A stretch of DNA of 64,000 bases. Origin: Andalucia godoyi And28. Its lineage: Eukaryota > Protista > Jakobida. Positions 1 to 8,590 of the stretch are shown piece after piece. The number at the start of each line of letters is the position of its first letter. Position 1 is the first letter of the stretch. Under the pieces are notes generated by a model. That model was not told the origin of the DNA. It made no database searches and saw only the letters and a list, made by a program, of their open reading frames with translations. Location of the stretch: contig VRVR01000023.1 of NCBI GenBank assembly GCA_009859145.1, positions 120,934 through 184,933 of the forward strand. The letters run 5' to 3'. Both the position numbers and the translations under genes were made by a program.

Positions 1-20
1 GTTCAGTTACCACCTTACAT

Positions 21-577
21 GCCGTTTAATAATAATAACACGTCATTGTCATGCATACGGAAGTATACATAAACAGACACGGTCAATATCGGCCGACACT
101 AGCACGTTGCTGTGACACAGGAATTTGTGCTTGCGCGTAGCCATCTATCATTCGTTGGTTCCGCTTTATTAATTCAAATATGGGCGTGAGTGCGCTGGGA
201 TGACGCATTCTCCTACGCCTACGCCGCCCGATGCCAGGGCCTCCTAGGTCCCGCAGACCTCCTAAGAGACCACGTGTCACTGCGCCTACCGCCTCTTCCT
301 CTCGTATCTCCTGTTGCATCAATCGCTGCAACTGAGGGCACGAAAGCGCCTGCTGCTAGGGCTGTCAGAATCAAAATGCACCCTTCTCAGGAACAACGTG
401 TCACGCTGAGAAAGTGGCTCACCGATTGATCGAGATTGGGAACGGAGCGCGGAGCATTTATCTGAAGAGCGCCGTGAGGTGTGTTGGCGGCCTATCCTGT
501 TCCCGGCAACGGGATGCAAGATTGAACATGCATGTCTATTCGCAGATATGCATGTTCAGTGTATAATGTAGGTGGCG
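21..577 (+). mobile_element. Non-autonomous IS607-like Fanzor2/TnpB element, subfamily 1, copy A
   Basis: The TnpB-type N-terminal motif AVRIKMHPSQEQRVTLRKW (361-417) is joined directly to RuvC-III IDRDW[+1 G]NGARSIYLK (425-467). Left end GCCG..TAATAACAC and right end CAGTGTATAATGTAGG(TG)GCG are shared with the copies at 28991 and 47680. Confidence 0.85.
490..577 (+). ncRNA. Candidate Fanzor omega-RNA 3' scaffold (copy A)
   Basis: Hairpin TCCCG-GCAA-CGGGA (501-514, GNRA loop) and a 15-bp stem 523-537/544-558 with one G-U pair, then the conserved terminus. Position matches known TnpB/Fanzor omega-RNAs. The 5' boundary is unknown. Confidence 0.55.
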
Positions 578-736
578 TTCTTTTGTGCAAACGATCGTAA
601 AAAAGAAAGCAACGACAGCCGGCCCTTTCGTGGCGCAATTGCGCGGGCAAGCGGGGGGCACCTGGAAAAGCTGCGAGCATTCCGTGGAATGTTGTTGTAG
701 CATGAACGAGCGGGGAGGGAGCTCAAATTGCTTTTC

Positions 737-3250
737 ATGACTGAGAAAGAATTGTATGCGCCGAGATCCTTGGAATTTTCAGTGACAAAGTTCTCAGGTT
801 CTGATGAACTGTGTTGCAAACGCAACCGCACAGTTCAGATTGACTTGGACATTTCTGCAGTTCTTTTCAAGGACGGCAAAAAAGTGAAGAACAGGTTTGC
901 GGTGCGGAACATCAATCGACTGGAGCGATGCAATGTCGATTCTTCGTATTGTTTGATTTCATTTGCAGATTCTTCGCACCCTTATCTACTGAAGTTCTGC
1001 AGCGGAATCGATTGCGGAGTCTTTCATGACCTCCTTTCGCTGCTTCGAGGGACTCCGTATTACCCAGTTTCCAAACCTTCTCCGCAATTGCATTTTCCGA
1101 TAAAAATACCGGAAGGACAGAGATCGATGCAACATGTCCAAGAGTTCTTTATCACAACCTTCAACTGTGGCGGCCACACTTTGCCACTGTCTTTTGATGA
1201 GTGGATTCCTCAGTGGTCCGCGCATGTGTACGTCATGTCTTTACAGAACATGGTGGATGACGTGCAGAATGCGAAGAACAAACTTCTGGATTGGATATCC
1301 TCGAAACAAAAGGGCTTCACAGTAGTCGCGGCACTCTCATTTGGAACAAACGCGCTCTTTGTCTTTTGTCATAACGCTGTTTCAAAGAACATTTCAAGCG
1401 TCGCTACCGGAACTCTTCTGCTGAAAGAAAAAGAGTCAGCAAGCGGAGCAGCGGCGTGCAGTTTTGAGCTGTTCAGAACATCTCTTTGTTTCATCAACAT
1501 CAACCTACCAGAGGAATGTGGCGAAACTGTAGCACGAACGGCAATGTTCAAAAGGATTCTAGCTGAAGTTCTGCCTGATCGCCCGGGAATTGCAATCGAT
1601 CCCACGTTTCTGGTAGAGGATGTTACTCACCGGTTTGATCATGTATTTATGTTAGGATCATTCAATTTCTCCAATTCCGGCAGGCAAATTTCAGTTTCTG
1701 TCAGTGACTTTCTTGTTGATCCTGCATTACTGGATGAACACTTTCAGCGATCGGATGAGTTAGCGAGCTTGCTATCCGGAGACGAACCGTTTTTTGGCTT
1801 GCAAGAAGTGTGCGCCGTAACATTTCCTCCAACAAGCCCCTATGTTCCAATGAGTGGTGATTTTGCAAAAGGAAGAGGATCGCCATCGTGGTCCGATCGA
1901 ATTCTAATGTCTCAACCACGGAAGACCAAGGCAGTGTTCCCAGTTGCATTGCTGGACAAGCGACATTTTTCTGACACTTTGAGTGTTGGAAAATACTTGT
2001 CGTCAGTCACTGTGAATTTCTCATCACACAGACCCGTGTTTGCGACTTTTCAATTGGCGGCACTTGTTCCAGTGGTCAGCGTCGCAGACCTATTTTTTGA
2101 AAATGCACTAGCTTGCAAGCAGCAGATGTTCATTTTCGTCAATGATATTGAAGTGTTGGAGATGAAACCATCCATCTCGGACTTCTCCCACGGATTTGTG
2201 GTCTTCAGTGGGAGAGTTCTTGACTGCATCCAACGATCTGCAGAGCTGTCTCACGCCAGTAAGTTTTCACTGAAAGGCCTGCAGATCCCTGTTCTGCGTC
2301 CATCAGCGTTTTCGAAAGAGTCCCTGATAGGAGAAGTCCTGAGACTCTCTGTGATGATTCGTCGTGGACGGAGTATTGAATCTCCAGTGGAAGTGGTCGG
2401 ATATGCTGAGGTGCCACTAATCCATTTGTGCGACAGCAGATCCGGATCTTTTATCTTCGAATCCGACGTCAGTCTTCTTGGTGAACGCACCGCTGTTTTG
2501 AAAGGCAGCATGTCATTGAAACATTACTCCAGTTCTCCTGGCAGCTTCACTGCTTCTGACGATCGTGCAGCCAAGTGTGAAAATGTTCAACTTGACGAGA
2601 TCCGAGAATCGCAGGAGCCCACGCCCTCTGCTGGCACTGATTGGCTTTCGTGTTGCCTTTCAGATTTACTGGTGCTTGCCCGCGAAGCGTATCGTGCAGT
2701 CCCAGTAGAGCATCGAAAATACAGGTTTCGTGTCTATCGAGACACTGCTCTTGGGTCAGACATCTACGAGTTTCTTCAGAACCGTTGTGGTGATGGATCC
2801 GAAAGTACTGGAATCTCCATTGGTCAGCGATTTATTGATGAGGGTCTGCTGCAGCATGTGCACCGTGAACATGGATTCGAAAAAGGATACTTGTTCTATC
2901 GTTTTTCTCCAATTGTTGAATCTTTGGAAGGCATTCCGTCCAGTGACGGCGAGAGGATGACAGAACGAGACGTAGATATCGAGTATCTCTCCTCTATGAT
3001 GAGAGATCCCAACACCCAGCCACCATTGGCAATCAAAGACCGACCATACCACTTACGAGTTTACAAAAGATGCGTCACTGGCAAGGAAGTCGTGGATTGG
3101 ATTGTTCAGGCTTTCAATGGAAGCGTTGATCGAGGGACTGCTGTGCGGATTGGACAATGCCTGATTGATGGGAAACTGCTTCATCACGTGGTCGACGAAC
3201 ACCAGTTCGAGGACGCAGAGTATTTCTACAGGTTTCATGCAGACGAATGA
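737..3250 (+). CDS. Inositol polyphosphate 5-phosphatase-like protein (predicted pseudo-enzyme) with N-terminal PH-like region, C2-like region and two C-terminal DEP domains
   Basis: 5-phosphatase-like motifs ITTFN, HVFMLGSFNF, PSWSDRIL and SSHRPVFATF. Two DEP-like repeats (GSDIYEFL...GQRFIDEGLLQHV...YRF and GKEVVDWI...GQCLIDGKLLHHV...YRF). First ATG is at 737. Confidence 0.75.
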   Translation: MTEKELYAPRSLEFSVTKFSGSDELCCKRNRTVQIDLDISAVLFKDGKKVKNRFAVRNINRLERCNVDSSYCLISFADSSHPYLLKFCSGIDCGVFHDLLSLLRGTPYYPVSKPSPQLHFPIKIPEGQRSMQHVQEFFITTFNCGGHTLPLSFDEWIPQWSAHVYVMSLQNMVDDVQNAKNKLLDWISSKQKGFTVVAALSFGTNALFVFCHNAVSKNISSVATGTLLLKEKESASGAAACSFELFRTSLCFININLPEECGETVARTAMFKRILAEVLPDRPGIAIDPTFLVEDVTHRFDHVFMLGSFNFSNSGRQISVSVSDFLVDPALLDEHFQRSDELASLLSGDEPFFGLQEVCAVTFPPTSPYVPMSGDFAKGRGSPSWSDRILMSQPRKTKAVFPVALLDKRHFSDTLSVGKYLSSVTVNFSSHRPVFATFQLAALVPVVSVADLFFENALACKQQMFIFVNDIEVLEMKPSISDFSHGFVVFSGRVLDCIQRSAELSHASKFSLKGLQIPVLRPSAFSKESLIGEVLRLSVMIRRGRSIESPVEVVGYAEVPLIHLCDSRSGSFIFESDVSLLGERTAVLKGSMSLKHYSSSPGSFTASDDRAAKCENVQLDEIRESQEPTPSAGTDWLSCCLSDLLVLAREAYRAVPVEHRKYRFRVYRDTALGSDIYEFLQNRCGDGSESTGISIGQRFIDEGLLQHVHREHGFEKGYLFYRFSPIVESLEGIPSSDGERMTERDVDIEYLSSMMRDPNTQPPLAIKDRPYHLRVYKRCVTGKEVVDWIVQAFNGSVDRGTAVRIGQCLIDGKLLHHVVDEHQFEDAEYFYRFHADE

Positions 3251-3252
3251 TG

Positions 3253-5268
3253 TCATGCCACTCCTTGATTTCCGTGTCGACATTCGTCAGTGCAAACATG
3301 TCGATTTTTCTGCAGTGGGGTTGCTAGTAGCTTTTCAATTTTGTCCCGAGCGTGTTCATGTTCCGTTCGGGAGAGGATAAGCGAGTTACCAAACAACTTT
3401 CCCAGTCCTACGATACAATGATGCTCAGATTCGAGATCAGAGGAAGGCGAGCGTCGAATGGACTCAGAAAGAGAATGCAGTACCTCCGAAAGAAATTCTT
3501 TGGATTCAGCTTTTCCTCGCAAACGGAATATCTCTGGGAGCTGTTTCCAGATGGTATCCGACAACAGCAAGCAGGATGGTGTCATGGCGGTCAGCTTCAG
3601 CATTGCACGAATAATACTCGGTGGCACACCGACGTGGGCTCTTGACAGTTCGCGAACAAGATAGACTGCACCATCTGCCATTTCCCATGGCTGCGAATGA
3701 GAAGAGTCGGCGCACTGACAGTCAGATGGGTTCCTATTGTCCTGCTGATGTTCCAACGGCACGTCAGCTGACGGTTCCACCGTCGCGAATCGTAGAGGAT
3801 TCATTGAGCGACGCATGGACTCTTCGCACTTCTCGCACAAGAGTTCATGGCCGAAAAACGAGGTATTTTTGCCAAGGGCGACTGCAGCATCCTCTCTCAC
3901 AACCCACACGTGATCTCCCAAGCGCTCACAAAGTGCAACAAAAATAGAGTTCTTTTGGATCTCAATTTCGGCGTGTCTTGCATGCACCATATTGCCCAGT
4001 ACCGTTGCGGCAGTGCAGCGAATGTTCCAGGCACTGTCAGATAAACTCCGAAGGATGCAAGCGAGAAGATTGTGGACACAGTCTACAGTTACCGCCTTCG
4101 ATAGTTTTGTGCAGACTTCGTTGATCGCAAGGCAAGCTGCTTCTCTGACCGCGACATGATCCGAGGCCACTTGCTCAACATAAAATTCCACAACTGAAGA
4201 GATGTATTTTTCGACGTACCCTTTTCCTTTGTCCTCAAACACCATTTTCCAGGTTTCTTGGCAGAAAATCCGAACTCCTTCCACCGCCTGCAGATATCGA
4301 TTCAAACACAAAGGGGGAATTAAGTTCGGAAGGTGCGGTTCTCTGGCTTCCCAAGATTCCAACCCCATGAGAAACCCACGAACCGCAGCTGAAGCAGCAA
4401 ACCTCACTTGCGGGGACGAATCTGAAAGACCGCGACGCAAGATCCTTGAATCGAATCCCTCAGGCAATTTTGTGCTGTACGCCGACAAGATAAAGAAGCC
4501 CTGCTCGCGGATATGGTTATTTGAATGCGTGCACCACACATCAGTGCATTCGTCCCGAATCGACGATGGGGGTAGCGCTCGCACAGCTGTGCAAAACGTG
4601 CGAAAAGGGACTAGCATGCTTGCCACCTGCACTTCAGAGGGCTCACCGCATTCTGCTGAATGACAAGCGTGTTCTTCAAAAAAGCCCCATATTTCGGGAA
4701 GACAGACCGGCGAGACCAAGCAAATGCGAGCCAGGCATTCAGCAATCGGTGCTCGCAGCCGAGAATCCACGGTTAACAGGCTTCGAAGTCCACAATTCAG
4801 AATCAGTGAGGGCTCATCTAACGTGGTACCATTTTCCAAGAGAATCTTCATACAAATCCAGCAACCGTGTAAGGTTTCTGGTTGAATTGTACACTTTGGT
4901 GCCAGTGCGTCGATTGCGATCTTGGAAACGCGGGACAGCAATGAAATCTTGTCGATTTTATCCAGCCGACAAGCGTCGGTAAGTTTACTGAAGCCACGTT
5001 CTCTTTCAATAAGCTTTGGATCTGTTAGCAAAGCAAACAACTCATCCTCGTTGAGTGACATCGTGCAGACGGCGTTCCGAGTTTCAGATGCACAGCGTCG
5101 AGTTCGCCAGTTCATAAGTTCAAACGATACCGAATTCTCCTTGCTGATCAAGCAGAAGGCCGAACCCCCGACGGCCGACAGTGGAAACGTCACCTCAACA
5201 AGACTCGACAAAGAGGGAAAAAATGTTATGAAATGGGAAGAGGTACTATATAACCCAAACCTCTCCAA
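3253..5268 (-). CDS. HEAT/ARM-repeat protein (likely start ATG at 5061)
   Basis: Long ORF with repeated HEAT-like helices (LSDSSPQVRFAA, SDHVAVREAAC, LSDSAWNIRCTAA, LGDHVWVVREDAA). Confidence 0.7.
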   Translation of the reverse strand: MERFGLYSTSSHFITFFPSLSSLVEVTFPLSAVGGSAFCLISKENSVSFELMNWRTRRCASETRNAVCTMSLNEDELFALLTDPKLIERERGFSKLTDACRLDKIDKISLLSRVSKIAIDALAPKCTIQPETLHGCWICMKILLENGTTLDEPSLILNCGLRSLLTVDSRLRAPIAECLARICLVSPVCLPEIWGFFEEHACHSAECGEPSEVQVASMLVPFRTFCTAVRALPPSSIRDECTDVWCTHSNNHIREQGFFILSAYSTKLPEGFDSRILRRGLSDSSPQVRFAASAAVRGFLMGLESWEAREPHLPNLIPPLCLNRYLQAVEGVRIFCQETWKMVFEDKGKGYVEKYISSVVEFYVEQVASDHVAVREAACLAINEVCTKLSKAVTVDCVHNLLACILRSLSDSAWNIRCTAATVLGNMVHARHAEIEIQKNSIFVALCERLGDHVWVVREDAAVALGKNTSFFGHELLCEKCEESMRRSMNPLRFATVEPSADVPLEHQQDNRNPSDCQCADSSHSQPWEMADGAVYLVRELSRAHVGVPPSIIRAMLKLTAMTPSCLLLSDTIWKQLPEIFRLRGKAESKEFLSEVLHSLSESIRRSPSSDLESEHHCIVGLGKLFGNSLILSRTEHEHARDKIEKLLATPLQKNRHVCTDECRHGNQGVA

Positions 5269-5749
5269 ATATTATCTCGCAAGCTGCACCTCAGACAGAG
5301 TTATCCGCATCAGCCTTTGAGTGGGACATCCGTGGGTCTGCGCACCCCCAAACAAAATCAATGTCCAGAGCTCTCGAATTGACCAATTAGTGCATTCGTT
5401 CGAAGCCGTTTGGACTTTGGGAACCAGGAAAAACTAGGGATTTCAACGAGCTTCGTTTTATTGCCATTCCGCATTCTATCCACTGGTTCTTTCTCTCTCT
5501 TTCCTTCTCTGTTGTCAATCGAGCGGATGTTGTATTGATTGTTGATTGGCAATGGTGTGCGCCACAGAGAGGGAAAGGCCGCGGCGGAGGAGTCATCGAT
5601 TGTCAATATTCGACAGTGTCTCTCATTGGACCTCGACTTGCACACCTTCAGCCATACTATCCGATGATATCCACAGCCGTCCGCCAGACGTTTGGGATGG
5701 AGGGTTATAACAAAATTTGGAAATACACACGTTTTACATGAATGATTAA

Positions 5750-5900
5750 TCATCGTCCATATCTTTGATATTCCCACTCTCGATTGTCTGAGCCATCCAT
5801 GAAAACAACAACATCATTGTTAGGACAAAACACTGTACTGTAATCCTTCCGGAAACAGAAATAAAGAAAAAGCAAGAAACGAGAAAACGAGCGAAATAGA

Positions 5901-5979
<79 letters not shown>

Positions 5980-6316
5980 AGAGAAACACAGAAACGGGGG
6001 GACCTAAAGGAAGTATAATCATAATCAGAAAACAACAACACATACCGAGAGGGCAAACATGCCGAGTCTTGAGCCATCGAGAAATGCAGTGGAAATGGAA
6101 AGCATGATTGCAGACGCCCCAAGCAACGGTGCACTCTTCGGTGGTCGCACTTTGTTGGTTCGCCTGACACTCGATGCATAGATCCATGATGTGGTTTCGG
6201 CATATCGCACACGTGTCCACTTGGATGTCCCAGCTCCATAACGCAACCGCATTCCACTTTTTGATCTCGAACTTCTTCTTGGGCTCTGAACTCGACGAAG
6301 CAGCGACTTCTGACAT
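5750..6316 (-). CDS. RBX1: RING-box protein 1; join(6046-6316, 5750-5787), intron 5788-6045
   Basis: [40 protein letters not shown]...[22 protein letters not shown]. Removing a GTATGT...CAG intron restores [12 protein letters not shown]. Confidence 0.97.
5905..5973. repeat. (AG)n microsatellite inside the RBX1 intron
   Basis: Uninterrupted GA dinucleotide run. Confidence 0.95.
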
Positions 6317-6828
6317 TTTTCTTTTCTCTTCACTTCACTTCACTTCACTTCACTTCACTTCACTTCTCTTTTACTAAAAAACACACCAACAACAACGGAC
6401 GGGGAAGCAGATGGAGAACGGAAACAAAAACAAACAAACAACGAGAGGAATGGAAGAAGCAAAAAACGAGAATTGCCAAGTCAAGTGGCAGCAGTTCACC
6501 AAAGCAAATGGCCAATGGAGGAAAGTCCAGAGTTGCCTCACTTGCCACCTCGCTTGAAGCTACAGGTGTTTGCAGTGGGGGTGGGAGGGGTGTGCACCGT
6601 GCACCTGCTGTACATGCGCCTCCTTCAAGTCTTGGGGTTCTCGAAGTTGCAGAATGCAGACTTGATCCCAAAAGACCACCCTCCTCAACACACACCTCCC
6701 AATAGACCCAGGACTCGGTGCTGCTGTCGTTTTCCTTCCTGGCATTGTTCTGCCTCTCGTTTTCTGGAAAAAAGCAAGCCAACAAAAAGTAGGAACAGAA
6801 AAGAACTTCCTCAGAGCAAAGTCGAGTC

Positions 6829-7458
6829 ATGGGAGACAATATTCTTCATTATAACGGCGGAGTCGTGCTGGCAATGGCTGGAGAAGGGTGCTATGCAATG
6901 GCTTCGGATCGTCGTTTCGGTGTCCGACAAACGACCCTTGCGTGCAATGCGAAACACATCTTCAACCCATCTGGTGTTTCACCGACTACACATATTGCGC
7001 TCTCAGGGTTGATGTCGGATGTTCAAACGTTTGAGCAAAAGCTGGCCCACAGATCAGCTCTGTTTTCGCTTCGCGAGGATCGCACCCTTGGTCCTAAACA
7101 ACTCACGTCCCTTGTGTCTTCCATGCTTTACGAACACCGTTTTGGACCGTACTTTGTAGAGCCGGTGATTGCTGGACTCGATGAAAATGGAAACCCCTAT
7201 CTTTCCGGTACTGACCTTATCGGAGCAATCGTCCACACCGATGACTTTGTTGTTGCAGGCACTGCTGCAGAGTCGCTGTTTGGAATGTGTGAGAGTGTCT
7301 GGCGACCTGGTTTGGGACCAGAGGACCTGTTTGAGACCGTTTCACAAGCACTCACTGCAGCCGTGGACCGAGATTGTCTTTCGGGTTGGGGTGCAGAAGT
7401 TAAGATCGTCACGAAGGACAAGGTCATTACTCGCTATCTCAAAGCCAGAATGGATTAG
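6829..7458 (+). CDS. PSMB3: Proteasome subunit beta type-3
   Basis: YNGGVVLAMAG..YAMASDRRFG, RFGPYFVEPVIAGLD, AVDRDCLSGWGA, RYLKARMD. Confidence 0.95.
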   Translation: MGDNILHYNGGVVLAMAGEGCYAMASDRRFGVRQTTLACNAKHIFNPSGVSPTTHIALSGLMSDVQTFEQKLAHRSALFSLREDRTLGPKQLTSLVSSMLYEHRFGPYFVEPVIAGLDENGNPYLSGTDLIGAIVHTDDFVVAGTAAESLFGMCESVWRPGLGPEDLFETVSQALTAAVDRDCLSGWGAEVKIVTKDKVITRYLKARMD

Positions 7459-8359
7459 GTTCTTTCCCCGCCCTTCTCCCTTCATTTTTTCTTTATCCTT
7501 ACCCTTAGGATCTCCCACCCATTGTATTCTCCTCGCTATGGAGTTTCTGTAGTTGTCAAATAAACCAGCGTCCAAATGTTCGGTTGCTGATGATCCACAA
7601 GGCCTGATGCGACGCTCGTCGAGTGTCGAACCCCGCATCCCTCTGTTTTCGCATTTTGGAAAAACCAAATATTTTTTTCTTTTCGCGACAACCGTCGCTT
7701 CGCATTCCAGGAACCCGGGCAGTGCCCACATCGCAGCCCTTTGCAGGGACAGCATAGCCGGTAGCGCCACTCAGGCATGCGGCAGGCGGACACGGCCTAG
7801 GGGGTGCGCTTCACAGGTGTAAAAAAGGCGGTCTTTTCGATGGAGTTGTCGTACCACCCACCATTCTCGTCGGCTTTGACCAGATTCGCTAGCACGAAGC
7901 AGAAAAAAATATAAAACACGCAGCATGGGGAAACAAAGTACGGCTATTCACGAGTTTGCCAATTCCAAACAGCCCAGACAAGCTCATGGAACTGTGAGTG
8001 TCCGTCGTGATCGACACTTCGCTATTGTCTACGTTGTGCATTCTCCCATCGCTTCCGACTGCACTTCTCTTGGGCGGTTCTTGCATGCCACCAAGGCAGC
8101 TTGATTCATCAACGAATGCAATCCGTTGGTGTCAATGTGCATGGAAGCGGAGTTTGGGATCCTCCATCTACGAAGTGGAAACGTCCACACCTGCAAGAAA
8201 CCCAGAGTCAATGAACGAAGTGCTGGTTGGAATACGCAAAAAGGAAGGAAAGCCAAGGTACTACTACTACCTGCTTGCTGTTTGCACGGAGTATCATTAT
8301 TGTTCACACCTTTTGTGCCAAACAATGAAATACGTTTGCTGGGCTTGATGCCAGCTTTT

Positions 8360-8394
<35 letters not shown>

Positions 8395-8590
8395 TGCGTG
8401 GCTCGATAGGACGACGATTTTTATTTGTTTGTATGTTTTTGTTTTAACGTTCCGCTGCAGCAGACGTTTGCCCCCCCCCCCCCCCCCGAATTGTCGATAC
8501 TTGTGAGGCGTGGCGTTGTTGTGACATTGTCAGAGGTAGGGATTTTTATCTGCGAGGATCATTCTCTTTTCGACTGCGCTTCTGTGATGC

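Noticed and set aside
83-331. Antisense ORFs across the elements (83-331, 29216-29428) and the many short shadow ORFs inside real genes
   Set aside because: They are reverse or alternate frames of identified coding or element sequence, with no independent motifs.
436-445. Programmed ribosomal frameshift restoring the Fanzor C-terminus
   Set aside because: No slippery heptamer is present, and the same copies have lost most of the ORF by deletion.
6450-6665. Cys/Trp-rich frame with an internal TGA (6555) as a possible selenoprotein
   Set aside because: No recognisable family, no SECIS-like element identified, and it lies in the RBX1/PSMB3 promoter interval.
7460-8590. ~1.1 kb with GC-rich mini-hairpins and a GGTTCGA T-loop-like motif (minus strand, ~7625) as a possible tRNA, SRP or MRP RNA, or spliced gene
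   Set aside because: No T-stem or cloverleaf pairing, no SRP/RNase P/MRP conserved motifs found, and candidate splice joins hit stops. Left unannotated.
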